Below, piece by piece: positions 16,612-25,829 of a stretch of 64,000 nt of DNA. Every line of letters begins with the position of its first letter. Position 1 is the first letter of the stretch. The stretch comes from a virus. Its lineage: Duplodnaviria; Heunggongvirae; Uroviricota; Caudoviricetes. The notes below the pieces were generated by a model. The model did not search any database. It had not been told where the DNA came from and worked only from the letters and a program-made list of their open reading frames with translations. The stretch is from positions 1-64,000 of the IMG/VR virus record IMGVR_UViG_3300037067_008064. The stretch is one strand, 5' to 3'. Both the position numbers and the translations under genes were made by a program.

Positions 16612-17037
16612 TTATTTAAGTTCTTCAATTTTTTCTATAAATTCACCTGCAATTATTTCAGCATCTCCGTAATACCCTTCCATAAGATTTTTAGAAAGAG
16701 TCATTTTTACCACTGCTGTTTCTATTGGTAAAATTGGTTCTGAATATGATTTTTGATTTTTATCAATGCCATCTTTAAGGTCCCATGCATCTGTTGAATA
16801 TACAAATACAGCAGTTTTGCCGAAAAAGTTTTCTTTAAAACGCCCACCGGTTTTAGATAATATATTATTTGAAAAGACCATTGCTAATCTTTTTTGATAT
16901 TTTGGTCTTGGAACATTTACACTTTCAATATATTCAACCCCAGTTGCGGGACTAAAATATTTTTCATTTTGCTTAACAACTACTTTATAACCAGTATATT
17001 GTATATCTTTTGTAAAATCTGTTCTTAATTCACACAT
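16612..17037 (-). CDS. hypothetical protein, Met-Cys paralog family B
   Basis: MCELRTDFTKDIQYTGYKVVVKQNEKYFSPATGVEY. Confidence 0.45.
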   Translation of the reverse strand: MCELRTDFTKDIQYTGYKVVVKQNEKYFSPATGVEYIESVNVPRPKYQKRLAMVFSNNILSKTGGRFKENFFGKTAVFVYSTDAWDLKDGIDKNQKSYSEPILPIETAVVKMTLSKNLMEGYYGDAEIIAGEFIEKIEELK

Positions 17038-17042
17038 AGTTT

Positions 17043-17468
17043 TTAATTATTAATTTCTTCAATTTCTAAAACTTCTTCACCAGCATATACAATGTAATTA
17101 TTAAATCCTTCTACAATACGAGCAGAAGTACCTTTTATAATATTTCCAGTAATTTTAATTTTAATAATAATACAATCTTTCCATTGTAAATTACTTTCAT
17201 CTTTGTTTAAAACCTTTAATATTATTTGAGCTTCTTCTAATGACTTAAATACAGTAGTTTTTCCAATCATATTTGGATTATCCAGTTCATCATATACATA
17301 AAACCAATATTTAGTTTGGTCTTCAAAATTATAAAAAGGCATATCATATACTTTTCCAATTCCAATTTCTTTACCAGCAAATGGACTAAGATATTTATTT
17401 CCTTCTTTAAAAACAATTTTATAACCAACTATTTCTTGTATATTGGCTGGTTCTTTAACATTGCACAT
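17043..17468 (-). CDS. hypothetical protein, Met-Cys paralog family B
   Basis: MCNVKEPANIQEIVGYKIVFKEGNKYLSPFAGKEI. Confidence 0.45.
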   Translation of the reverse strand: MCNVKEPANIQEIVGYKIVFKEGNKYLSPFAGKEIGIGKVYDMPFYNFEDQTKYWFYVYDELDNPNMIGKTTVFKSLEEAQIILKVLNKDESNLQWKDCIIIKIKITGNIIKGTSARIVEGFNNYIVYAGEEVLEIEEINN

Positions 17469-17469
17469 T

Positions 17470-17778
17470 TTATTTATGTTTAATTATTACTTCTTCACTT
17501 ATTCTATAGGCTGTTACTGCTTCTTGTTTATAATGAGATATGGTAAAATCTATTATTTGATTTATAATTTCTCTTGTGCAAGCAATTCTAACAGGTATCA
17601 TTCTATCATTATATTCTTTGCCATCTGGCGCCACCCAGATTCCTTTAGAAGTTTTGAATATAGTTAATCCATTAGATAATGTTTTAACAAAACTGTCCCA
17701 CTTCTTGTGATGTTCTATTGGAAATTTCTCTCCATCATTAGAATACATAGGTACTAATATTTCCCAAAGATATATCAT
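17470..17778 (-). CDS. hypothetical protein
   Basis: ORF only. Confidence 0.35.
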   Translation of the reverse strand: MIYLWEILVPMYSNDGEKFPIEHHKKWDSFVKTLSNGLTIFKTSKGIWVAPDGKEYNDRMIPVRIACTREIINQIIDFTISHYKQEAVTAYRISEEVIIKHK

Positions 17779-18044
17779 TTTACAGGGTCATTTAACCATT
17801 GAATAAACCAAAATTGAACATCATATTTTTTATGACTGAATTTTATATTAAATTTTTTAGCTACAAAATATTGAAATACAATTATTTCTGCTATTGGGTC
17901 AAGTTGTATTTCTATTTGATAAATTCCTTGATTAGAAAGTGTATCAATTTGTTTTTCTATTTCTAGTATTTTTTCTGAGAATTCTTCTAAGCCTTTTTCA
18001 ACATGAAAATTATTAGCTTGAAGGTTTGCTATTATTGCGTTCAT
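17775..18044 (-). CDS. hypothetical protein
   Basis: ORF only. Confidence 0.35.
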   Translation of the reverse strand: MNAIIANLQANNFHVEKGLEEFSEKILEIEKQIDTLSNQGIYQIEIQLDPIAEIIVFQYFVAKKFNIKFSHKKYDVQFWFIQWLNDPVK

Positions 18045-18050
18045 ATATTT

Positions 18051-18497
18051 TTAATTATAAAGAAAATTTACTTCATTAAATTCAACAATTTCTTCACCCG
18101 CATATACAATGAAATAATTACAATCGGGATTCCAAGTAATGCTATCAGAAGTTCCTGTTAAAATAGGATTACCTTTAATTTTAATTTTAATAATTTTTAT
18201 ATAAGGTCTAAGACTATCATCTGGAGATAAAGTTTTTAATATACTCATTGCATCTTTAAAGTTTTTAAAAATTGTGGTTTTTCCAACTATACTAATATTA
18301 AAAAGTGCACTATCTCCATCGGTTCTATATTTATTAAAATAATTATGACTTATTTTTTCTTTAAATGGAAAGTCACTAACTTTGCCTATTTTAATAACTT
18401 TACCAGCAAAATAACTGATATATTGTTTATTAAATTTACAGACAATTTTATAACCTGTAATTTCAGTTAAAGTAGTTTCTTGATTTACATTACACAT
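18051..18497 (-). CDS. hypothetical protein, Met-Cys paralog family B
   Basis: Internal start MCNVNQETTLTEITGYKIVCKFNKQYISYFAGK matches the family; the track start at 18554 is probably an upstream artefact. Confidence 0.4.
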   Translation of the reverse strand: MCNVNQETTLTEITGYKIVCKFNKQYISYFAGKVIKIGKVSDFPFKEKISHNYFNKYRTDGDSALFNISIVGKTTIFKNFKDAMSILKTLSPDDSLRPYIKIIKIKIKGNPILTGTSDSITWNPDCNYFIVYAGEEIVEFNEVNFLYN

Positions 18498-18540
18498 ATT
18501 TTTTCTTATTAAGAATTGAGAATAAAATGTAAACATAACA

Positions 18541-18570
18541 AAAAAGTCCGACATCTGAGATACCGGACTT
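18541..18570 (-). terminator. intrinsic terminator after the secreted-protein gene
   Basis: Minus strand AGTCCG-loop-CGGACT followed by TTTTTT. Confidence 0.5.
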
Positions 18571-18587
18571 GTTAAAGTTTGTTAATT

Positions 18588-19052
18588 TTATTTAATATTA
18601 AATGAACAATTATAAGAAGAATTAGAATATTCATTTGGATTATCAAAAGTCATTTTATAATTATCAGGTCTAGTTAATATTACTTTCATTTTATTATATT
18701 CTATTTCATCTAAAACTACAACTCTTCCATTAGTAAACAAACATTTAATTGTTCTGTTTTGACTATTAGATGCTTTAATAGCAATTATACCTTCTTCTCC
18801 ACTAAAATTAGCTAAATATTTTCCATATTCTAAAACAGAAATATAAATTGTTTTTTCAGAAAAAACAAATTTGAATATACAAAATGCTTTAGTTTCAATA
18901 ATATTAGAAAATGTTCCATCAACTACCATTGTTTTATATGATTCATTGGTTGGATCTCCAAAATCATCAACAAAATATTTGTTAGACCATTGAGCATTTA
19001 ATGATGTTGTGACCATTATAAACATTAATGCAATAAAAATAAAAGATTTCAT
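18588..19052 (-). CDS. secreted hypothetical protein
   Basis: N-terminal signal-peptide-like MKSFIFIALMFIMVTTSLNAQ. Followed on the minus strand by a hairpin plus T-run terminator. Confidence 0.45.
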   Translation of the reverse strand: MKSFIFIALMFIMVTTSLNAQWSNKYFVDDFGDPTNESYKTMVVDGTFSNIIETKAFCIFKFVFSEKTIYISVLEYGKYLANFSGEEGIIAIKASNSQNRTIKCLFTNGRVVVLDEIEYNKMKVILTRPDNYKMTFDNPNEYSNSSYNCSFNIK

Positions 19053-19245
19053 AATTTAATTTTTTAAAGTTATAGATAAATGTAAATAAATTATAAATTG
19101 TAATTACATAAAAAATGTTAAGATTTGTTAAATGAATATATAAATATAAGGTGTTAGTTTTATATTGGCTTATAAAACAACATTAGGATAGAAAATGCTG
19201 TCCACCTTATAAATTATATATCTTTAAAATAATGGATAGAAATCT

Positions 19246-19857
19246 ATGAAACAATTTCACTACGTTTATATAACAACTAATTTAATAAATGGAAAACAAT
19301 ATGTCGGTGACCATTCAACAGATAATTTAGATGATGATTATTTAGGAAGCGGTAAATTAATTTCCAAAGCTATTCATAAATATGGTAAACATAATTTTAA
19401 GAAAGAAATATTAGAATCTTTTAATATTAAAGAAAAAGCATTTATTACACAAGAAAAATATATTCAGAAATTTAATACTTTAATTCCAAATGGATATAAT
19501 ATAAGTCCTAAAGGTGGACATAATGTTAAAAATAGTTTATCTGAAGAAACTAAAAGGAAAATTAAAATTGGTAATACTGGTAAAAAACTTTCGGATGAAC
19601 ATAAATTAAAATTAAGTATTTCACATAAAGGAAAAATCTTTTCAGAAGAACATAGATTAAAATTAAGTAATTCAAAAAAAGGAAAAATACTTTCTGCAGA
19701 ACATAAATTAAAAGTAAGTGAATCACGAAAAGGAATAATATTTTCAGAAGAACAAAAAAGAAAAATTAAAGAATATCATTTAGGTAAAAAACATTCAGAA
19801 GAAACTAAAACCAAAATAAGTAATTCACTTAAATTAAATAGATATCATTCAATATAA
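19246..19857 (+). CDS. GIY-YIG homing endonuclease with NUMOD3-like repeats
   Basis: MKQFHYVYITTNLINGKQYVGDHS; repeated KLS.EHKLK.S units. The only plus-strand gene in this region, bracketed by terminators. Confidence 0.65.
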   Translation: MKQFHYVYITTNLINGKQYVGDHSTDNLDDDYLGSGKLISKAIHKYGKHNFKKEILESFNIKEKAFITQEKYIQKFNTLIPNGYNISPKGGHNVKNSLSEETKRKIKIGNTGKKLSDEHKLKLSISHKGKIFSEEHRLKLSNSKKGKILSAEHKLKVSESRKGIIFSEEQKRKIKEYHLGKKHSEETKTKISNSLKLNRYHSI

Positions 19858-19860
19858 CAC

Positions 19861-19890
19861 AAAAAAAGGCTTAGAATTCTAAGCCTTTTA
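19861..19890. terminator. bidirectional intrinsic terminator
   Basis: AAAAAAAGGCTTAGAATTCTAAGCCTTTT sits between the convergent GIY-YIG (+) and Ro60-like (-) genes. Confidence 0.6.
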
Positions 19891-19910
19891 ATTTATAAAA
19901 TTTTAATTTA

Positions 19911-21614
19911 TTATATGTTAATTTGATTGATAGCTTTGATAACAACATTAGGATCTAATTCTACCTTTTTAGCGGTTTCATAAATATCTTTAGAGTAACC
20001 AAAGATACGGAATACTTTATTACCTGCTTTCATAACAGTTGGGCCGTAACCTACTATATTAACAAGGTAAATATATGGTGTACCATATTTAGCAGAATAT
20101 GCTTTAAGCATTCCTTCTACTCTTCCACCATCTTGTTCATCTGTTATAATGATAATACGGTCGAATTTTTCATTTGATCTTAAGAATAAGCTGAAAATTT
20201 GTGAATAATCAGTTCCGTGTCCAACACGACCATTATAACCCATGAAATGTTTCTTAAGAGTATTAATGGTATCATTTGGATTATAGCCAATAATTCTTTC
20301 ACAGCCTGATGCAAAGTGATAAACTGGTGAGTTCATAGCTTTGGTGAATGTTGCCGCAACAAGTGCAGCTTTTTCACATGGTCTTTTATTAATTGAACAT
20401 GCTTTTCCACCTTTTTCAATTTGGACGCCACTACCATATCCACCTTCCATTGAACCTGATGTATCAAATACAACGGCAGTTCTTCCTTCTGGGAATAATC
20501 CTACTAAGTTTGGAATTGAACGTTCATATGCAATGTCAAGAGCCTTTGCAACCTTTGACAAATATTTATTTGAGTTAAATTCAAGTAACATTATTTCTAA
20601 TGCTAAATCAATTTGATGTGGCCATACTAAAGATTTTTGTATGAACTTATCTTCTATTAAAAGATCACATGCGCTATCTACTAATTCAGCGTTATCAGTA
20701 TTAAGAATATTTCTCATATTTCTTAATAATGCAAGATAACCGATCTTTTTCTTTGCAATAAGTTCAGTGAAGTTTTCTGTCTTAAGTTCATTAAGTTTTT
20801 CTTCAGCTGCTTCTGATGTAAGTTCACCTGATTTAAAAGCTTCAGAAACTGTTTTACCAGCTTCAGTATTCTTGTCTTCAACAGTATTAAATTGCTTTAA
20901 TAAACCTAATACAAGAGCACGTAATGCAGAAATTCTTACAAATACTTTTCCTTCTTTTTCATATGATTCAGGTAGTTGAGCAGCATACTTTGTACCTTTT
21001 ACAGCTTTTTGATAATCTGCTATTTCAACTTCAATGAATCCATTTTTCTTTGATTCAATAGGGTGAACTAAGTTAACAACGTCAACTAAAGAAACACTTC
21101 TATTTTTTGCTTGATATTTAGCCAATTCATACATATCTGCATCTTCAATTGCAAGCGCAAATCCTTTCTTAATAGCATTTGGAATTGGGGCATTAGCTCC
21201 ATTCTTTGCTAGATAACATGCTAAAATTTCTAACATGTCATCAATACGATAGACAATACCACCAGCATTTTCTTTACGTGATCTTTTTGAGTAGAATTTC
21301 TTTCCTAACTCGTCACCTGCAAAATGCTTTAAAAGTTCAACAGCTCCTCTATGTGTAACTGTTCTTTGTCCAAAAACAGTACGGGCATAAATAAGAGCTT
21401 TAGCTGCAAAAAGCTTATTTTTCTTTGCAACTTCATTAAGGACTTGAGCAAAACGTATATCACGTTCTGATTCCTTTTCATAAAATGTGTTTTCTAAACC
21501 GGTGGCAAGGATTCCGATTAATTCGTTTTCTGGTTTTTGTGTAAAACCTGCGCCACCTTGATGTGTTACAGTTGGTTGAATTTCACTAACTGGTTTTTGA
21601 TTGTACTTTGCCAT
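19911..21614 (-). CDS. Ro60/TROVE-domain protein with C-terminal von Willebrand A (MIDAS) domain
   Basis: N-terminal VTHQGGAGF...TFYEKESE fits the TROVE start. C-terminal AVVFDTSGSM is a DxSxS MIDAS motif. AAAGGAGGT ribosome-binding site 7 nt before the ATG. Confidence 0.55.
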   Translation of the reverse strand: MAKYNQKPVSEIQPTVTHQGGAGFTQKPENELIGILATGLENTFYEKESERDIRFAQVLNEVAKKNKLFAAKALIYARTVFGQRTVTHRGAVELLKHFAGDELGKKFYSKRSRKENAGGIVYRIDDMLEILACYLAKNGANAPIPNAIKKGFALAIEDADMYELAKYQAKNRSVSLVDVVNLVHPIESKKNGFIEVEIADYQKAVKGTKYAAQLPESYEKEGKVFVRISALRALVLGLLKQFNTVEDKNTEAGKTVSEAFKSGELTSEAAEEKLNELKTENFTELIAKKKIGYLALLRNMRNILNTDNAELVDSACDLLIEDKFIQKSLVWPHQIDLALEIMLLEFNSNKYLSKVAKALDIAYERSIPNLVGLFPEGRTAVVFDTSGSMEGGYGSGVQIEKGGKACSINKRPCEKAALVAATFTKAMNSPVYHFASGCERIIGYNPNDTINTLKKHFMGYNGRVGHGTDYSQIFSLFLRSNEKFDRIIIITDEQDGGRVEGMLKAYSAKYGTPYIYLVNIVGYGPTVMKAGNKVFRIFGYSKDIYETAKKVELDPNVVIKAINQINI

Positions 21615-22023
21615 AATTTGACCTCCTTTTACTATTGGTTATTTTTATTTTACCCAAAGAAACTTTTTTACTACCGTTACCGGAGAAAGCTTCCCTGAAA
21701 TTTTAATTCAAGTTATATAATATTTTCACTGAGAAAATTGAAAGAGCTTGTGTTTGAAAACAGAATTTCGATGAAACTCTTATCGTTACTACAGTAATTT
21801 CTTTTTTAATTTAATGATACAAATATAATCTATATATTATCGCTTGAGACGAAAGATTTGTTAAGTAATGTTAAACTCTTCAAGTTCATTTAGATTAATA
21901 TTTTCCATTATAATAAAAATATAAAATGAAAAATTTCTTAAATTATCTTCAAAAAATTGATGTTTTAATTTTCTTTCTAATATTTTATTAGATGTATCAA
22001 TATAATTATCTAAACTATTCATA

Positions 22024-22254
22024 TTATAATTTTATCCACCTAATTAATAATTGTGCTGACATAACAGCTTCAAAATCCGCATTCCCCATATCTGATACAG
22101 GTATTTCAAAATTTATTGTTGGAACATCAGCTTGATTAATATTTGTATAATAATATGCTATGCCTTCTCTAATATAGCTAAAATATGCCCAAGGTTTTTG
22201 TTTATATAATTCTTTTTTAATATCATTAAGTTCCATCTTATTCGTCTTTATCAA
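22024..22254 (-). CDS. hypothetical protein
   Basis: ORF only. Confidence 0.3.
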   Translation of the reverse strand: MIKTNKMELNDIKKELYKQKPWAYFSYIREGIAYYYTNINQADVPTINFEIPVSDMGNADFEAVMSAQLLIRWIKL

Positions 22255-22459
22255 AAGTTAATTTATATTCAAATGATGGGGGTAATTCATCTATTTGTCT
22301 TCCATCTTCAGCATCACGTAATTCAAATTCTTTACCATTAATAGTTACAAGAGTACTATAAGAACCAAATGCTATAGAAATACCCATTTTTTCCATAATA
22401 CTAAAAAATTCATCTAAATGTTTGAATTCTGCTGCTTCTCTTTTTAATCTCCAAGCCAT
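22238..22459 (-). CDS. hypothetical protein
   Basis: ORF only. Confidence 0.3.
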   Translation of the reverse strand: MAWRLKREAAEFKHLDEFFSIMEKMGISIAFGSYSTLVTINGKEFELRDAEDGRQIDELPPSFEYKLTFDKDE

Positions 22460-22469
22460 ATTGTTTATA

Positions 22470-22688
22470 TTATTTTAATTTATTTTTTGCTATTTGATAT
22501 GGTAATTCAATTGCCAACCAATTTATATATTCATGAATCGCCTGCTTAGCTACTTCACATTGTAAATATGATAAACAAGATATACTACCAGGTTTAGAAT
22601 CTCTTAAAATTAATTTATAAATAGGATTACTTTGAATTATGCTTTCATATTTATCTTGAGGTACTATAAGATATATTTCTTTTATCAT
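22470..22688 (-). CDS. hypothetical protein
   Basis: ORF only. Confidence 0.3.
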   Translation of the reverse strand: MIKEIYLIVPQDKYESIIQSNPIYKLILRDSKPGSISCLSYLQCEVAKQAIHEYINWLAIELPYQIAKNKLK

Positions 22689-22689
22689 A

Positions 22690-23079
22690 TTATCTTAATT
22701 TGTTTTCACCCCATCCTGGGTACCATTGTTCTAGTGGTTTAATTGCCAAATTAATTATTTTATCATTAATTTCTTTATGAATGTTTAATCCTTCTATAGT
22801 TTTAAGAGCTTGATCAAATTGATCTATAGAATCTGTATTATTTGCATTAACTACTAATACATATTTTTTATTTATTATTCTATCAGGATATGTCCAACCA
22901 GCCTTAGTATTATTATTTCCTAATACTTTAACCATAGGTGTTTTATTGCCATAACCATCATCATGATTTTCATCTATTACAAGAATTTTACCTTCTTTAA
23001 AATCAGGTGAATGTCCTAACACACCTATATATAGAATTTCATTTCCAATATCTAAAGGATTTCCAAAATAATCTTTCAT
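22690..23079 (-). CDS. hypothetical protein
   Basis: ORF; tightly packed with neighbours. Confidence 0.4.
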   Translation of the reverse strand: MKDYFGNPLDIGNEILYIGVLGHSPDFKEGKILVIDENHDDGYGNKTPMVKVLGNNNTKAGWTYPDRIINKKYVLVVNANNTDSIDQFDQALKTIEGLNIHKEINDKIINLAIKPLEQWYPGWGENKLR

Positions 23080-23080
23080 A

Positions 23081-23416
23081 TTAATTTAATAATTGTGTTG
23101 AAATACTAATTGCAGAACCAGAATAATTAGTTGCAATATTATAAATATAATCTTTATCATTAATTCTAATTATATAAACTCTTAATGTAAGATTATTACT
23201 TCCCCAATTTGATTCTGATGAAGCTATCCATGAAGTAATAATTTTAAAATTATAATTATCATTAAATGATGGTGCTAGTGGGGTGTAACTATCATCTGCT
23301 TTGGATGATTGTGTACACGAAAAATTAACTATAGAAAATACTACAGTTAATAACCCAATTAATAATATTTTAATTTTCATTTTTCTTTGATTTATGTCTG
23401 TGAATTTTACCACCAA
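23081..23416 (-). CDS. hypothetical secreted/membrane protein
   Basis: Hydrophobic N-terminus KILLIGLLTVVFSIVNFSC. Confidence 0.35.
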   Translation of the reverse strand: MVVKFTDINQRKMKIKILLIGLLTVVFSIVNFSCTQSSKADDSYTPLAPSFNDNYNFKIITSWIASSESNWGSNNLTLRVYIIRINDKDYIYNIATNYSGSAISISTQLLN

Positions 23417-23732
23417 CTATATTAAGATTTTCATCTACTTCTATTGTTAGATCAGCAAATTCACCATATTCAAATATATCATAAATTTCTTTTTCTTTAT
23501 ATCCTAAAGAATAAGCTAATTCAAACCAACCATCAGTTTCTTTAATTGATTCTAGTTTAATTGTAGCAGTTTTCATTTCCTATTTGTATAAGTTTTTCAG
23601 TTGGATTGTTTTCTGAAATAAAAATTTCTTTTCCAAACAATCTTATTTTAAATCCAACAATATGTTTAAATTTAAAAAATCTGAAAAACCAATATCTACT
23701 TGGATAAAATTTTATAAAAGTTATAGTTGTTT

Positions 23733-23933
23733 TCATTCTAGGTTTTTTAATTTTTCAGGATTTTTACAATCTTCAATAAAATTATATACGGTTTTAACTT
23801 TTGAAGAATATCTATTTTTCCAATCAATAGCATGAATTAAAATTTCTTCAGCTATTTCTGATGGTAAAATTTCTGTAAATTCTGTAAATGTTCCGTCTTC
23901 ATTTTTTATATGAAGCTTTAATTTTGAAATCAT
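23733..23933 (-). CDS. hypothetical protein
   Basis: Small ORF adjacent to tRNA cluster 2. Confidence 0.3.
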   Translation of the reverse strand: MISKLKLHIKNEDGTFTEFTEILPSEIAEEILIHAIDWKNRYSSKVKTVYNFIEDCKNPEKLKNLE

Positions 23934-23949
23934 TGTTTTAAAATATGTG

Positions 23950-24022
23950 TTGTCCTTAAAGGATTCGAACCTTTACTCTGTGGTTCAAGGCCACAGATGC
24001 TCACCAATTACACCAAGGGACA
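23950..24022 (-). tRNA. tRNA-like, anticodon TTG (Gln-like; C at position 33)
   Basis: T-arm AAAGGTTCGAATCCTTT; anticodon arm TGTGG-CCTTGAA-CCACA. Confidence 0.35.
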
Positions 24023-24160
24023 ATATTGTGTAGTCACCTTTCTACACTATCAACTAAAGTTTTTCTCATTCAATTAATCATAGATTAAAATTAGAGGCAG
24101 GCGTTGATTTGATACATTACCTTTAACCCGATCAGGTGTTATAAACGGTTTAAACCGTGT

Positions 24161-24229
24161 TGCCCCATTAAGATTCGAACTTAAAACGAGAGCTCCAAAA
24201 ACTCTTGTGTTACCATTACACTATAGGGC
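24161..24229 (-). tRNA. tRNA-Gln (anticodon TTG)
   Basis: Anticodon loop TTTTGGA (Gln-type UUUUG); shares D-arm GTGTAATGGTAACAC with the next gene. Confidence 0.45.
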
Positions 24230-24237
24230 AATTTTTG

Positions 24238-24308
24238 TTGCTTCATTAGGGGTTGAACCTAAAATATATGTGTCAGAGACATATGTGTTACCATTACACC
24301 ATAAAGCA
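24238..24308 (-). tRNA. tRNA-Gln (anticodon CTG)
   Basis: Acceptor TGCTTTA/TGAAGCA; anticodon arm TATGT-CTCTGAC-ACATA. Confidence 0.5.
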
Positions 24309-24315
24309 ATATAAG

Positions 24316-24388
24316 TCGAAGTAGTCCGACTCGAACGGACGATCTCTTGGTCCCAAACCAAGCATTCTACCAACTGAACTACACCTCG
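24316..24388 (-). tRNA. tRNA-Pro (anticodon TGG)
   Basis: GTTC..GAAT D-arm; anticodon arm CTTGG-TTTGGGA-CCAAG; T-arm GTCCGTTCGAGTCGGAC. Confidence 0.55.
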
Positions 24389-24394
24389 TTAAAG

Positions 24395-24479
24395 TAGCCG
24401 GGATGGGGGTCGAACCCACACATCCGTAAAGGATAACAGATTTTAAGTCTGTCGCGTCTGCCAATTCCGCCACCCAGCC
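24395..24479 (-). tRNA. tRNA-Leu (anticodon TAA), class II
   Basis: Anticodon arm ACAGA-CTTAAAA-TCTGT; long variable arm; T-arm GTGGGTTCGACCCCCAT. Confidence 0.55.
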
Positions 24480-24684
24480 ATATATTCGGCGAGGGAAAGA
24501 GTACCATTTCATTTGCATTAATTTGGCTTTCGATTTAAATCTCTTTTGTAAGCAAGGCTGTTCTAATGGTTTAAAATTAGATGCTTCCGCGGTCATCCTA
24601 ATTTTCTAACATTATTCCCTACACATTGCGTGAACTATCACCCCTCCGAATATATTTGTTCAATAAAACAATGAACTTTACTTG

Positions 24685-24757
24685 TACCCCTACTCAGATT
24701 CGAACTGAGATACTCGGCGTTTAAGACCGATACGATTACCAATTGCGTCATAGAGGC
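24685..24757 (-). tRNA. tRNA with Leu-type anticodon TAA but class I (short variable arm)
   Basis: Acceptor GCCTCTA/TAGGGGT; anticodon arm TCGGT-CTTAAAC-GCCGA; 4-nt variable loop. Confidence 0.4.
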
Positions 24758-24980
24758 ATGACTAGAAAGGGTCTCATCCTTTCTTTTAAATAATCTTAAT
24801 GTGCACCAAAATTATTTCATCTGAAATTTATAAGGAAAAATATTCAGCAAAACCCATCCCTTTTTTATGTTTCCATAGGTTACCATAGATCCGCAAGATG
24901 CTTTGGAAAAAGGTTATAACTTAGCCTTTCAAAAAGTACTGATTCACAGTTTCACAGTTTACCAGCTGTGCCTGGGAGAG

Positions 24981-25062
24981 TGACCTTAGAGAGACTTGAA
25001 CTCTCAAACCTTTCGGTACTGGCTTCTTAGACCAGTGTGTTTGCCAATTTCACCATAAGGCC
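24981..25062 (-). tRNA. class II tRNA, anticodon uncertain (loop CTAAGAA)
   Basis: Acceptor GGCCTTA/TAAGGTC; long variable arm; T-arm GAGAGTTCAAGTCTCTC. Confidence 0.4.
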
Positions 25063-25329
25063 AATTGATATTTTTTTGATAGATTCATGAACCTCTATAT
25101 GTAGGTAAACGTCTTCCTTCGCTGTTTATCCTTGGGCCAATCTTCCACTCGAGTGTTACCCAACCTACTCATCATACTTTCACTAACCAATAGTTAATCA
25201 TATGTACTTAGCGTCTTCCAATTTCCGCCACAAAAAAATATCAAAGATCAATTGATTGAGAAAATTTAATTGAGTCTTTTGTTTATAGACCATAATACGA
25301 TGAAACTCAATTGTTACTACAATCATTTG

Positions 25330-25404
25330 TATAAGTGGTGAGATTCGAACTCACGAACGCTTGGCTCCAGACCAAGTCCATATAGCCATCTGTGGAACAC
25401 CTAT
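25330..25404 (-). tRNA. tRNA-like, anticodon TGG (Pro-like; C33)
   Basis: Acceptor ATAGGTG/CACTTAT; anticodon arm CTTGG-TCTGGAG-CCAAG. Confidence 0.35.
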
Positions 25405-25414
25405 ATTTTACTTG

Positions 25415-25487
25415 TACACCCAAAGGGATTCGAACCCTTACCCTATGCTCCTAAGGCATATACGTTTACCAGTTACGCCATGGGTGC
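25415..25487 (-). tRNA. tRNA with Leu-type anticodon TAG but class I
   Basis: D-arm GCGT..ACGT; anticodon arm TATGC-CTTAGGA-GCATA; T-arm AAGGGTTCGAATCCCTT. Confidence 0.4.
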
Positions 25488-25581
25488 AGTTAAAACTGAG
25501 AATTTCAATAAGAGCATTTCTTTAGTCAGATTTTCAAAGTCAGATTGATACGATGTAACTCTATATTTTACTACAGTTTAG

Positions 25582-25652
25582 ATTTATTAATAGGATTCGA
25601 ACCTATGCCTCCGGGCTCAGTGCCCAGCGTGCTTCCACAACACCTTAATAAA
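25582..25652 (-). tRNA. tRNA-like, anticodon CTG (A at position 33), all-A/T acceptor stem
   Basis: Acceptor TTTATTA/TAATAAA; anticodon arm CTGGG-CACTGAG-CCCGG; T-arm ATAGGTTCGAATCCTAT. Confidence 0.3.
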
Positions 25653-25750
25653 AACACATACTATAAATTATTGCCGTAATTTAATTTTGTGTATTGAATC
25701 TGCTCCTACTTTATAACCGGCAAGTTATAAAAAAGAGCCTCCATCAATTG

Positions 25751-25829
25751 TCCGGCAGGATGGGGTCGAACCATCATACACCAATTACGCTTTTAATGCA
25801 TGTTTATAAGACATGGGCGTTACTGCCGG
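25751..25829 (-). tRNA. atypical tRNA-like gene (anticodon-like loop CTTATAA = TAT; rearranged D-region)
   Basis: Perfect acceptor CCGGCAG/CTGCCGG. T-arm GATGGTTCGACCCCATC. The anticodon-like hairpin CATGT-CTTATAA-ACATG sits inside the D-arm position. Overlaps the 3' end of CDS 25804-26484. Confidence 0.3.

Noticed and set aside
24294-24596. Minus-strand ORF 24294-24596 and plus-strand ORF 25694-25966
   Set aside because: They read through tRNA-Pro, tRNA-Leu and a tRNA-like gene; artefacts of AT-rich sequence without stops.
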